From: Eledone cirrhosa
Taxonomy: Eukaryota
Assembly (NCBI GenBank): GCA_964016885.1
Contig: OZ024742.1
Location: forward strand, 69,812,001 to 69,876,000
DNA length: 64,000 nucleotides
Reading direction: 5' to 3'
Of the stretch, positions 26,930-40,120 are shown in pieces. Within the stretch, counting starts at the first letter, position 1. Every line of letters starts with the position of its first letter. The notes below the pieces were generated by a model. The model was given only the letters and a program-made list of their open reading frames with translations, made no database searches and was not told where the DNA came from. The position numbers were made by a program, and so were the translations under genes.

Positions 26930-27770
26930 TTCCCCTTCTCTCTAACTGTCAAAACTAATGTAGGAAGGAAATTCCTCGACCTCCTAGACAAACATTTTCC
27001 CCCTAATCATAGACATTATAAGATATTTAATAGAAATGTAGTCAAAATCAGTTACTCTTGCTGTCCACCAATGAAGACTAAAATGACCAACTCTAATCGT
27101 ACGAGAGTAAATCCAGGATGCAGTTGCAGGAAACCGGAAGAATGCCCATTACAGAGCAAATGTAATACTAAATCCGTTTTGTATGAGGCCAAATTGACAC
27201 CGTTGATTAACAACCAGCCAGCCAGGAGTGAGCGATATGTTGGCATGACTCAGGACAGGTTCAAAACCAGGTTTTATGCACATGTCGCTTCTTTTAAACA
27301 CCCTGATAAAAGAACAGCAACGGCTCTCGCAAATAAAGTGTGGGAATTCAAAGACAAAACCATCCCGTACACTATCGATTGGTCTCTTTTAGACCATTCA
27401 AGAGAATATCAAAGGGGCACAAAGAATTGTTCTTTGTGCACCACGGAAAAATTTAGAATTCTCAAAAATTTGCCTTCACTCCAAGAGCGAGATCTTCAGA
27501 TGTTGTCCTCACCTGAAATCACATCTACTTTGTAACTGGATTGACATTCCTACGATATCTCAACCACCTTGAACTTCTTTACTCATTACGCCTTACATCC
27601 ACTACGATTATTATTACTCTCTGAACTCACATTCTTTACCCATATATTCTTTTTGTCCCTCATCTCTTATATTTATATTTTTTTCCTATGTTATTTAGAT
27701 TTCTGTTGACTTATATTCCCCCTACTTTCTACCTTACCATTTACATTACACACCCACTCCGCCTTTTTTA
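26930..27770 (+). mobile_element. 5'-truncated Naiad-like PLE fragment (linker + GIY-YIG)
   Basis: '[23 protein letters not shown]...[14 protein letters not shown]', '[11 protein letters not shown]', '[14 protein letters not shown]', 'CSLCTTEK'. Confidence 0.8.
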
Positions 27771-27938
27771 TATATAGATATATATTTCTGTGTGTATGTA
27801 TGTATATGTATGTATGTGTATATATATATATGTATATGTATGTGTATGTATATATATATATATATGTACTTATGTGAGTGTGTAGTTTTGTGCGTGTATA
27901 TGTATGTTTATGTATGTGTTCGTATATGTATGTATATT

Positions 27939-27981
<43 letters not shown>

Positions 27982-28200
27982 TTATGTGTGTGTGTTTTTT
28001 ATATATATGTGGTGATACAACTTATGTATGTGTGTGTTTATGTGTATGTATATATATATGTGTGTGTGTATGTATATGTATGTGTATATTCAATGATATT
28101 AAATGATATATTCAATGATATTAAATGATATATTCAATGATATATGTATTCAATGATATATGTATGTAAATATTCAATGATATTAAACATTTAATATCTT

Positions 28201-28240
<40 letters not shown>

Positions 28241-28364
28241 AAGATATTAAATGTTTAATATCATTGAATATTTACTCAATAACTGTTGAGTGCTCTAAAT
28301 CAGTTATAAACATTTATATTTTTTATATTTGTCGGATTTCCAACTAATTGAATACCTCTTCCAC

Positions 28365-28458
<94 letters not shown>

Positions 28459-28846
28459 TGTCTGTGTGTGTGTATGTGTGTGTGTGTGTGTGTGTGCGTA
28501 TGTACGTGTACATGTGCGTATATGTGTGTATGTGATTGAATGTATTTTTTCTCATGTATGTGTGTGTGAATGTATTTATACTTAACTGTGTATATGTTTG
28601 TACTGTATATATATATGTGTGTATATTTCTATGTATATGTATATGTATGTGTATGTATGTATATGTGTGTATATATATATGTATATATCATCTCTGATGA
28701 TCCGAACATTTCCATTGGAAGTCCCTAGGATCTCCAATCTTTTGTAAGGTGAAACCGTCGGTAAAAGCAAATGGAATAGGTAAATATTTAAATTATATTT
28801 TTTAATTCATTTTAAAAAATTGTTTGATACTTGCTCCACTTATCTC

Positions 28847-28887
<41 letters not shown>

Positions 28888-29093
28888 TGTATACGTACAT
28901 TTCGTATACGTACATTATGTATACATAGATTTCGTAATAAACAGACGGTTTTTAGTTTTTAGCTCTTCACCTCAGAGTATATATATAATATGTTCGTTCC
29001 TACCTTAATATCTCGATAACTAAATAAAGAAGTAAATAACATAAATATACCTCCCACAAATATTTTAATAATTAATTAGATATATAAATACTA

Positions 29094-29281
29094 AATAATT
29101 GTTTCTACTTTTGGCACAAGGCCAGCAATCATCCCAGTGCATTACTGGTACTTTATTTTATCGACCCCGTAAGGATGAAAGGCAAAGTTAACCTCGGCGG
29201 GATTTGAACTCAGAATGGCAAGGGCCGTAACTCTATGCGTCAAAGCATGGCGTCCGACCCTCTACCGATACTGCCAATCCA
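29094..29281 (-). mobile_element. MetaSINE copy
   Basis: Same family consensus. Confidence 0.88.
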
Positions 29282-29514
29282 TCAGGTAAATGATATCTGT
29301 CCTTACAGTGGTTATTGTAGTTGAGGATATTGTATTGGCGCCAGTGTGTGTAATGATATAGGTGTGATGATGGTACTAATAGTTGTGGTGGCTATAGCGT
29401 TGAGGGAGAAGTGGTGGTGGCTTTTGTAGCAACAGTATTGGTGGTGTAGCAACGGTAGTGGTGATGATTTATGTTGAGGTATTGGCTACAGTAGAGCTGA
29501 CGTCTGTATTGGAG

Positions 29515-30545
29515 ATAGTGGCAGTAGTGGTAGTGATGGTGGCAGTAGTGGTGGTGATAGTGGCTGTAGTGGTAGTGATAGTGGCAGTAGTGGTGGTAGT
29601 GGCTGTAGTGGTGGTGGTAGTGGCTGTAGTGGTGGTGATAGTGGCAGTAGTGGTAGTGATAGTGGCTGTAGTGGTGGTGGTAGTGGCTGTAGTGGTGCTA
29701 GTGGCTGAAGTGGTGGTGGTAGTGGCTGTAGTGGTGGTAATAGTGGCAGTAGTGGTGGTGATAGTGGCAGTAGTGGTAGTGATAGTGGCTGTAGTGGTGG
29801 TGAAAGTGGCTGTAGTGGTGGAGGTAGTGGCTGTAGTGGTGGAGGTAGTGGCTGTAGTGGGGTGGTAGTGGCTGTAGTGGTGGTAGTGGTAGTAGTGGTG
29901 GTGAAAGTGGCTGTAGTGGTGGTGATAGTGGCTGTAGTGGTGGTAATAGTGGCTGTAGTGGTGGTGGTAGTGGCTGTAGTGGTGGTGATAGTGGCTGTAG
30001 TGGTGGTGGTAGTGGCTGTAGTGGTGGTGGTAGTGGCTGTAGTGGTGGTGGTAGTGGCAGTAGTGGTGGTGATAGTGGCTGTAGTGGTGGTGGTAGTGGC
30101 TGTAGTGGTGGTGGTAGTGGCAGTAGTGGTGGTGATAGTGGCTGTAGTGGTGGTGGTAGTGGCTGTAGTGGTGGTTATACTGGCTGTAGTGGTGGTGGTA
30201 GTGGCTGTAGTGGTGGTGGTAGTGGCAGTAGTGGTGGTGATAGTGGCTGTAGTGGTGGTGGTAGTGGCAGTAGTGGTGGTGGTAGTGGCAGTAATGGTGG
30301 TGGTAGTGGCAGTAGTGGTGGTGATAGTGGCTGTAGTGGTGGTGGTAGTGGCTGTAGTGGTGGTGGTAGTGGCAGTAGTGGTGGTGATAGTGGCTGTAGT
30401 GGTGGTGGTAGTGGCAGTAGTGGTGGTGGTAGTGGCAGTAATGGTGGTGGTAGTGGCAGTAGTGGTGGTGATAGTGGCTGTAGTGGTGGTGGTAGTGGCT
30501 GTAGTGGTGGTGTTCGCTACAGTAGAGCTGATGTTTGTAGTAGTG
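29515..30545. repeat. 21-bp minisatellite (GTGGCWGTAGTGGTRGTGRTA)n
   Basis: Directly visible tandem array; explains the poly-Val ORFs. Confidence 0.9.
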
Positions 30546-30617
30546 GTGGTAGTTGTAGTGGCCGTGGTTTCACAAGTGTTAGTAAATGATGTGATATAGC
30601 ATTATTCTATACACTAA

Positions 30618-31010
30618 GGCGGTGGATTGGCAGTATCGGTAGAGGGTCGGGCGCCATGCTTTGAAACATAGATTTACCTCCCTTTATGATCTGAGTTTAA
30701 ATGCCGTCGAGGTTAACTTTGCCTTTCATCCTTACGGGGTCGATAAAATAAAGTACCAGTAATGCACTGAGTAATTGCTGGCCTTGTGCCAAAAGTATAA
30801 ACAATTATTCTATACACTAAAAGGCGGTGAATTGGCAGTATCGGTAGAGGGTTCGACGCCATGCTTTCCAGCATAGTTACGTCCCTTTACGGTCTGAGTT
30901 CAAATCCCGTCGAGGTTAACTTTGCCTTTCATCTTTACGGGGTCGATAAAATAAAGTACCAGTAATGTACTGGGTATTTGCTGGCCTTGTGCCAAAAGTA
31001 GAAGCAATTA
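30618..31010 (+). mobile_element. Tandem pair of MetaSINEs with a triplicated 17-bp target
   Basis: Copies at 30618-30806 and 30823-31010; ATTATTCTATACACTAA at 30601, 30804 and 31007. Confidence 0.9.
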
Positions 31011-31145
31011 TTCTATACACTAACCGTGAAACACCAATTCATAAATTGCTTATCAAGAACTAAACAGAAACAAGGAAACACAATTCCCTCACAGAACTAA
31101 CATGATTCAGGTGTATAGTGTTTATGTGTGTGTGGGTGGGGGGTC

Positions 31146-31272
<127 letters not shown>

Positions 31273-32058
31273 CTGAGTCTACTATGATAACACGTTTTCA
31301 AGCTATGACAATCCTTTCGCTCTGTAGTTCAGACTTCTCGTGTCCTTGGCCCAGGGTTACCTCCCAACTCACCACCATAAGCGCTAAGCTGGCCACTCGC
31401 AGGTGAGAGCCTCGCGAGATGGAGTGGCCTCTTCCAGCGTATCGCCATTCTGTCCGACGGGGCTGTAGGGCGGCCAGCACGTGGGACCCCATTTGCTCAC
31501 AATACAGAGAGATGGAGAGGGTGAGAGAGATGGAGGCGATGACAGTGGGAGTTCGTCTCTTCCGTGTTCTGGCACATTGTACCTGTCATGTGGATGACTC
31601 CAGACATGTGTCTCTCATAGTTCAGATTATATATACAGAAAGTCATTTCCTTTTTGAAGTAGTAGGATGAGGTGTGAATGATCGTATGCTACCGTCTCTA
31701 TAACAGGGTGTGCGACAACTCGGACACTCATTCATTGCTTTGTCAACTATAAAGTTCTTTACGCTGGTGCCAGACAGAAACCTTGTGAAGAAACAGTACA
31801 ATACCACTGTGTAGTTACTATGTATATATATTTTAGATGATGTGCATATTAGTGTGTATAGATACTGTATACAACTTTAATGATGTGATGTATCTATATA
31901 TATATAGATGTGCGTGTGTGTGTGTGAGAGAGAGAGGGGGGGAGTGTGTGTTTGTGTGTGTATGTGTGTGTGTATTTGTATGTGTGTATAGGTTTGAGAT
32001 GATAAATATATTATACAGTGGAAATAATAAGTTATACTGTCAAAGTTATGTATATGAT

Positions 32059-32246
32059 ATAATTGTTTCTACTTTTGGCACAAGGCCAGCAATTACTCAG
32101 TACATTACTGGTACTTTATTTTATCAACCCCGTAAGGATGAAAGGCAAAGTTGACCTCGGCGGGATTTGAACTCAGAATGGCAAGGGCTATAACTTTATG
32201 CGTGTCAAAGCATGGCGTCCGACTCTCAACCGTTACTGCCAATCCA
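32059..32246 (-). mobile_element. MetaSINE copy
   Basis: Same family consensus. Confidence 0.88.
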
Positions 32247-33289
32247 ATGCTGAGGCGTTAGATTAAAGTTTAAGGAAAGGTGATTCAATTTTGATCCTAT
32301 CTTGTGACCTTGGAACGGGTTTTATTGTTTCATTTTGTCTAAATACCCGTGGAAAGACATGAACGTCACATATTCTTATACGCTTCACTCTGTAAATATG
32401 TTTCTATGCCTGAATGACACATCTTTCTCTCTGGCTTTACTATAAATCAAGATTCTTTCGATCTTGATCCATTATAACCATTGAGCCAATACAAACGATG
32501 ACATGTGATCACAAAACATAAGTCCTATAATTACTCTTTCCATTTTTACTTATAACTTTATTTCTTGATAACATGTAATCAATACCTCTATAACAAATTA
32601 TTATCGATTGGTTAAATTACTTGCTAATTATTTCAGCAAATTGAGTAGAAGAGAAAAGCTATTGTATTGCACTGTCATTAAGTTTAAGACTGGGTGCAGA
32701 GAAAAGTAAGCTCAACAAAGAAGCATGTGACAATTAGTTGGAGTCGTGAAAAGGAAAAAGAGAAAAATAACAAAGAGAGAGTCAACAAAAAGAAAACCAG
32801 CGTGGGACGGTGAGCGAGGGAGATGGAAGGAGAAGAAAAGTAAAAGAAAAGGGAAACAAAAACAAATTTTGAAGTCAAGTCAAGTAGCTGAGCCATACAG
32901 AGAATTTTATTCGACGCGGCAAGACCATCGTGTCGATTTGCAAGAAAAAAAAAAGGAGAGAAAAAAAATGTTTGTCGAATCACCGAAACAAATGTAAGTT
33001 ACTTCATCTTGGAAAATATCAATTTTAAAAAGTAGTTGATAAATTGCAGAGTATAGAATAAATGAATAGTCAGTTTGGGAATCAAAATGAAGACCTTCGG
33101 CTAATTATCACAGCTCTAAAGTTCCTGGACTCGAGATCAACCCATCCAAGTCCAAGATGTCAGACGTTAGCTATAGATAGGCTGAATTCCATGACGCCGT
33201 ACTCAGCATCCATCATGTCTTGTCCGGGGTTCGGCTAACGCCCAAACACGTCACCTGCTTTCCCGACTCTCCAATTCTCTCGAAATCCA

Positions 33290-33615
33290 CAAGAGAGTGC
33301 CCGGAGACCAAGCACACAGACCTGTCGCAAATGGCAGAGAGGCCGCACCACATTGACGCTCACCCACGCTCTTCCTCTTGAGGAACTGCTTCGCCCTCCC
33401 CAAATTTTTTTTCACGCTGTGTGGTGGACCTTGTCACCCCTACACAGATCATCTCGATGGACACGGCGTCACCATCCAACGCAGCGCAGAATTCATCTGT
33501 AATGTCACCCCACCAACCTGCTTAAGGAATGAGCCCCGCGAAGTAGGGTGGCTGTTGTAGCGGGTGTCTCAGGTCATTGTCCGTGGAAATACCTTTGTAG
33601 TTTTGTCCGCGTAAC
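33290..33615 (+). mobile_element. Degraded CRE-like LINE 3' fragment
   Basis: 'LRNEPREVGWLL*RVSQVIVRGNTFVVL' resembles the CRE C-terminal QRxSxAxxRGNA motif; similar to 35395-35490. Confidence 0.5.
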
Positions 33616-33710
33616 GCAGCCGAAACACTGCCCCATCCTAGACGTCATTGTATAACTTTCTTTTTGTAAAATACAGTTGATTACATATTTGCCATATAAA
33701 AAAGTTTCTT

Positions 33711-33747
<37 letters not shown>

Positions 33748-33789
33748 CTTCAAAATATTAACAAATATAGACATTCATGTGATCAAATA

Positions 33790-33855
33790 TATTTTATTAT
33801 ACATATTTCAGAGGTACTGAGCTATTTCAACAGTACGTCCTCATCAGATAAAATA
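33790..33855 (-). ncRNA. Minimal type I hammerhead ribozyme
   Basis: UAUUUUAU-CUGAUGA-ggacGUACUG...CAGUACcucu-GAAA-U AUGU A-UA^-AUAAAAUA; perfect 8-bp stem I. Confidence 0.8.
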
Positions 33856-34505
33856 AGTTGATGCCTGACATACCTTGACTATGTTGATGGTTACAATTCA
33901 GTCATGGCAGTGAATTAGTTATGAAAAAATTCAATATTTATATACCTTAAGATTGAGACATGAAAAAATTACATATAATACAGAGGGTGCGTGTGAGAAT
34001 GTGTATAAAGATACATAATAATAAATAGCTAATAATATATAATATAATATAAACCTACATAACTGTTTAAAATTTAAATAATTTAAATAAAATAAGATAT
34101 GGATAACACATTATTGCAGATAGAGGAAGTGAAAGATGGAGAGAGAAACTCACGAGGAAAGAGAGAATGACGAGGAAGATACATGATCATATGCACGAAA
34201 GGCAAGAGAATTGATCAAAGGATAGAGAGAAGAAGAGAGAAATAAGTTTAATAGTATAAACACAGGGAGGAGGACTTGTATTGTAATGGATAAACAGCGT
34301 ATAATTAGATGAGGGGTGAAATATAAATATAAATATATATCTGGGCATAGCTGGATGAACGTTTATTTTCGAATTCTTATGTTAGTTAGAAAAAGTCAAT
34401 TAATCCAATGGCATAAGATTTTTGACACAATTAATCCAATGGCATAAGACTTTTGACACTTTCTTGTTCACAAGTGTTTTTAGGCCTCATATCATGTTAC
34501 CTTAT

Positions 34506-34655
34506 ATTAAAAGATGGTTAAAAACGTTCCACATATTTTATTATGCGCATTTCGAAAACAACATCATCCTGGGACAAAAATGTTTGTCCCAGGATGATGT
34601 TGTTTTCGAAATGCGCATAATAAAATATATGGAACTTTTTTAACCATCTTTTAAT
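34506..34655. repeat. Near-perfect palindrome (~73-bp arms, 4-nt loop)
   Basis: Centre GGGACAAA aatg TTTGTCCC; arms contain an HHR 3' half, GAAA-TGCGCA-TA-ATAAAATA. Confidence 0.9.
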
Positions 34656-34976
34656 TTCTTCTTTATATATACTCCAGTTCTACCAACTGTTGAGTGCTAC
34701 TTATCTGATATATGCATAGTTTTATTGTTCTACAATATTACTCACCTCCTACATTTTATATATATATATATATAATTAAAACATACACTAAAACATGGTA
34801 TAAACATACATGCACTCACAAACACATGCATCTCTCCTTTATTTTTGCTCAACTGCCACCATTTTCCTTTCTCTTTCCATCTTTCGTTTTACTTCTTTCT
34901 TTCCTTCTTACCTCCCTTCTCCCCCCTCATATCCATCGCGAGTCATGCGTGACCACTATTATTCTTTATAGTCTTT

Positions 34977-35097
34977 GTTCTGAGTTCAAATCCTGCCGAG
35001 GTTGACTTTGCCTTTCATCCTTACGAGGTCGATAAAATAAAGTACCAGTAATGCACTGGATAATTGCTGGCCTTGTGCCTAAAGTAGAAACAATTAT
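34977..35097 (+). mobile_element. 5'-truncated MetaSINE with 19-bp TSD ATTATTCTTTATAGTCTTT
   Basis: Starts at the B-box; TSD at 34958-34976 and 35093-35111. Confidence 0.88.
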
Positions 35098-35227
35098 TCT
35101 TTATAGTCTTTACTGGCTCAGTGGTCAGGTGTATAGAACTGCCTTTCCATTATATTTCTCTCAACTCTTTTTATTGATACTCGTTTCTTTCTGACCGTCT
35201 TCACTATCTAGCGATTGATATAGATAT

Positions 35228-35500
35228 ATGACCAAACCCGGCATCGCGGCCTGCCTCGCAGAAGAACGTAAAATAATAAAAAATATCGAGGTTTGCTCGG
35301 TCGCTTCCTCTTCGCACGGTCGCCGTCGAGACCTCAGGGGTACTTGGACTCCGTACTGCCGAGCTCCTCCGCAAGATCGGAGCGCGGCGGCCCATCTGAG
35401 GAGGGAGCACTGCGAGGTTGGGTGGCTGTTTCAGTGGGTGTTACTAGCCATCGTCCACGGGAATGCTTTTGTCGTCTTGACCGCGGGATAGTTTTGCAGC
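35228..35500 (+). mobile_element. CRE-like LINE 3' fragment (end of restriction-like endonuclease domain)
   Basis: Across frameshifts reads 'AACLAEERK..KY..L..RFLF..VAVETSGVLG...EVGWLFQWVLLAIVHGNA'. Confidence 0.6.
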
Positions 35501-36324
35501 ACTTCTGCCCTCTTGCCCTAGGCCCAAAGCCCAATCACCCTCCCCTTTCACCCTCCCCTTTCACCCTCCCCTTTCTTCTGCGACACCAGAGCTCTTGCCA
35601 TCCCCTCCCCTTCCCGTTATTTTTTTTCTTTCTTTCTCTCTCTTTTCTTTATATTTCTCTATTCTTTCTTTCCTTTTATTTCCCTTTTTTTTTTATTATT
35701 ACCGTCATTATAGTTGTCCTTGTTATTATTGTTTATACAGTTTTTATCACAAAGAAATTGATATTTTATAATTCACAAGTGTTTTTGTTTGTGCCTTCCG
35801 GTGACTTCGTTTTCCACTAGTCGTAGGGGAGGAAGCTAGAAGCAGAGTCAATAATAACGGAAGCACTAGTTACTATAACAATGCGAGCTGGGGGAATGCT
35901 TTACCACAAGGAATATAAAACATTTAGCGAACACATTTAAGCTAAAAAAAAATGATTGAAGCTGTGAACTTTCTAGTCTTGGGCCTACTATTCAGGTGAG
36001 TTGGGCTCAATATACCTAAATTTAACGTTAATGCCGTTCCACTTCGGTGAACTATTATAGTGCGGGACAGCTCTTTCAAGTATGTCCCTATACGAGAATA
36101 GGCCAGGGATAAACCTACTTGTATTATCCACTATTTCTCTAATTATATTGGGCTAGTCGCTGGAGATTATATTGATATGGATATTATCACCATTCTGCTT
36201 GTGATACGAATAGGGCATCCCCGTATTCCAGATAAAGGTCATATCAAGAAACTCACTTTTTTTTTGGGGGGGGGGGTCATTTATAACACTATATTTAAGG
36301 TCAGTATAGTTGTTATTGTCATTA

Positions 36325-36543
36325 TTGATTTCTTATATAGGCACAAAGCCAGCAATTTTGGGGAGGGGAAAGTCGATTAAATCGACCCCACTGCGTGACT
36401 GGTACTTTATTTTATCGACCCCGTAAGGATAAAAGGCAAATTTAACCTCGGCAGTATTTGAACTCAGATCATAAAGGGCCGCAACTCTATGCTGCAAAGC
36501 ATGGCATCTGACCCTCTACCGATACTGCCAATCCACCGCCCTT
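36325..36543 (-). mobile_element. MetaSINE copy (longer 3' variant)
   Basis: Family core plus an extra GGGGTCGATTTAATCGACTTTCCCC segment. Confidence 0.85.
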
Positions 36544-36936
36544 GTTATTGTCCTTATTAAAACTAGTACCTAACCCATTGTTTCACTAAGGGAATGAATA
36601 ATATTCAGCTTCTTCAGAAAATTGTAACAAAGCAATGTCTGTGCATTATGTACACACACACGACCACAAACATACACACACACACATGTATATATATATG
36701 TGTGTGTGTATTGCATATATTTGTTTCGTTTCTCGCTGATCGTCAAATTGGACCAAAGAAACAGTGTTTCCATTAGTCGTTCTATTACTGATACTATCTG
36801 CTGGTCGCAACTCCTGGCAGGAGAAGACGCAATTTGAACTAAGAACGTTATGAGCTGGGACAAATACGGAGGCATTTAACCTGACGCTCTAACGATTCTG
36901 CCAAATGTATGTATGTATGTATGTATGTATGTATGT

Positions 36937-39900
36937 GTTATCTCTATCTCTTAATTTCGAGTATATTTTTTTTGACCGGCCACCTTCCTGGTGGCAAGGT
37001 TGTAAAAGAAAAGAAATTGTCATCCCTTGAATCGCAAGAATGTTTTGCAAATTTTGAAGGTGCCAGCTATCGCAGCCATTTGTAGACTATGAATTAGGGA
37101 GCTGCGCTTTTTGTCCGCAAATCCAAGTTCAGTCATACTTTGGTCCAAGCGGGTTGGTATATAACCCGTAGCTCCAATAATGATGGGTATGAAGCTAAAG
37201 GTGTATCTTGGATACTGGATTTGTAAACTCCTCATCAATGGTCCGTAGATGTTCTCCTTCTCCTGTATTTTTCTGACAACGTTTACATCAAGTGGGCAGC
37301 TGATCTCCACAACAGAACACGTTTTCAATGCGTGGTCCCAAACAACAATATCAGGCCGGTTGTGCTTTAATTTGGTGGCAGTTTTTATTTTCAGGTTCCA
37401 CCAGTATTCCTTAGTGCCATCTGTCTCAATATATTCTTCCTCGTTTGTTGTTAATTTTGTTTTCCGAAGTGCGTTCCAGATGGTTCTAGCTATCCCATCG
37501 TGTCTCATGGGGAGGTAGTAGCGAGATGACATTCTTACGCAGCTGGCAACAATGTGGCTTACATCCTCGATCTTTGTTTTACATAGCCTACATTTATTGT
37601 CAGCTGCTGGCCCTCCTCTTTTGTGCAGCAGATATTTGGTAGGGAGTTCTTGTTCCTGTATTGCATAAAGATATCTCTCAAGGTGTGATGTCATAAACTT
37701 GTCGGAACTCCATGCCAGGCTTTTTGAGTGGTTTATCCCCTCTATGGTCTGTGTTTTACGTCTCAAGTATCCATGCACAACTTTTTCTGTAAATTGGTCA
37801 ATTTTTTTATCTTGTTTGAACATTGAATAGAATCTTCCGATTTCTCTGGGTGAGAGATTTATATCAGGCTTTATTCCATATCTCTCCTCCAGATCAGTCG
37901 CTATTCTAATGATATTTTTTTTTCATGCTCATAAACCTGGGCAAGATGGTTGCCAACCTTTTTCCTCTGTTGAAGGTGTTGCTTCAGTGTTACTATCCGG
38001 GTCTCATATGTTGTTAATATTGATTTTAGACCCCGGCCACCTTCCTTGCGTGAGAAGTATAGCCTATCCACATCACCATTGATGTTAAAGTTCCCAGTAA
38101 CACTGAGAAGTTTGCGAGTTCTAACATCCATCTCACTTAGTTCTTGCAATGACCAGTTCAGCAGGCCAAATGTTGGCGTTAGAATTGGCACAGCATAAGT
38201 ATTGTGGGCAATGTATTTGTTGTACGCTGACAGTTCTGATGACCATATTTCCTTTACTCTTCTGAGGTATTCAGTTCTGGTTCTCTCCTTATTTATGGGT
38301 CCATTATATCTGACATTCTCATCCTGTCCAAGATATCTGTAGTTGTCACCTGACTGTAGAGGTTGCATTGTCAGGCCGTTCATCTCTAGATTTCTAGAGG
38401 AGGGCACAGCTCTTCCACGTTTTACTGCCAAATATGCACACTTGGACTCACCAAATTTCATTTTGATGTCGGTTGAAAATTGTGTAATGAGGTCCAATTG
38501 TTTCTTGATGTCATTGATATTTGGCCCATACAACTTCAGGTCATCAACAAAGAAAAGATGGGAGATACTTCTGGACCCACTTCTTTGTCCACCTTGTTTC
38601 CTGAGTAGGTAAGATAATGGATTTAGTGAGAGAACGAAGAGTAGCACTGACAAGCTATCACCCTGAAAGATGCCCTTCTGGTAATGTATCTTATGAGTCT
38701 TAACTTGCTCCTTCTCACCTCTAAGGATCAAATTGGTGTACCAGTTCTTGGTCAGGCGTTCAACAGCAGCTACCAATGGTTGTGGGACTTTGGATAACTG
38801 TAAAGCCTTAATAATCCACCCATGAGGTACACTATCAAATGCTTTTTGATAGTCCAGCCACACCACAGTCATGTTTCTGCGATTCTTTGTTGGTTTTCCT
38901 GAATCATTTTGTTAGTTAGTAGGTGATCTATGCAACCCCACACCTCCCTCTTTCCACCAGCTTGCTCAGGTGTTATGATGTTGTTGGTAGCACAGTGATC
39001 CTGTAAGAACAGGTTAAGGCACCCAGTATATAATTTATACATGATGTTTTGGCAGGCTATTGGGCGGTAATTTTTAGCAAGGGTGGTTTGGCTATTTTGG
39101 GGAATGAGGAGAGTAGTGGCAGTTGATAACCATCTGGACAGTTCTTGTGTGCCTTTAATGGTTTCTGTAAACAGCCGTATGAGATCTTGCCGATAGAAAG
39201 TGAAATTCTTCAACCAGTATCCTGTAATGAGGTCTGGGCCTGGCGATTTCCTATTCGACATTTTCTGTAGAGCTGTTTCCAGTATTGACCCATCTATGTC
39301 ATATTGTTTTGTCTGGACATGTTGGCAGTAGTCCTGTTCCAGTTCTTTTAGCCAATTAGTTTGTCTGTTGAATCCGTCATCCGTTTCCCATACAGATCTC
39401 CAGTAGCTCTCAACCTGTTCTTTTGAAGGGGTGTCATTTACAGGGATTGAGCTTTTGCCACCGAAGCTGCGATAAACTGATTTAGGATCTCTGGCAAACA
39501 ATCTATTTAGCACTTGTCGTTTATGTACTGTCGACTTATATTTTAGTCTTTCTGTTGTAGTTGTGAGTTGTTGTTTCAACTGGTGTAATTTGGAGTTCAA
39601 AGTTTTAAATTTTGTATCTCCAAATCGTCTCTCTAACTTTTTCTTTAGGTCTTGCTGGTGTCGTGTGAAGTTGCTCTCTATGTTGCATTTCATAACGACT
39701 GCGATGTATGAGATACTTCGTCTCAGGGACAAAATTTTGCTTTTTAAATTTCGCATCACGCTGGTTCAGGCTTTCTGTTTGTATCTTGATTGCGTGGTTT
39801 TAGATGTGTGTTATATGATAGCAATGTGACAGCTGAAACATATAACAAAATATTAAGCGTTTCAAATGTCGTTTCTACACCTTTAGATCGTATAGCCTTC

Positions 39901-40120
39901 AGATAATTGCCAGCTATTTCGTTCACCGCTTCCAATTCCAATTTAGTGGGTTCTTTACTGATTCTGGTGTTGTATGGTCTGTCACTCACATTAAGGCTGT
40001 GTATCTCTTGAAACATATCGTTCCATATCACTTGTAAGGTGTCCACAAGTTTTTGGTGTTCTGTTTGTTCAGTAGAGTCATGAATTTCAGCCTCGTTGTT
40101 GATGTGGTGACAATTACTAC
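36937..40120 (-). mobile_element. R4/Dong-clade LINE (RT + restriction-like endonuclease), 5'-truncated and frameshifted
   Basis: 'KSPGPDLITGYWLK', 'NYRPIAC', 'WLDYQKAFDSVPH', 'GIFQGDSLS', 'HLFFVDDLKLY', 'GGRGL', CCHC 'CRLC...HIVASC', 'RHD', 'NRPDIVV...VEISCP'. Confidence 0.9.

Noticed and set aside
28087-28190. CRISPR-like repeat-spacer pattern (ATATTCAATGAT units)
   Set aside because: Simple degenerate tandem repeat without unique spacers; eukaryotic context, no cas genes.
28688-28767. CTGATGA...GAAA-CCGTCGG-TA hammerhead candidate
   Set aside because: Core and stem III are present but stem I and the base of stem II do not pair convincingly; at best a decayed HHR.
29458-30599. Poly-Val/Ala ORFs, or a Thr-rich mucin on the opposite strand
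   Set aside because: 21-bp minisatellite with a frame break at ~29860, no non-repetitive coding flanks, and apparent homology to the low-complexity intron next to the GRL exon.
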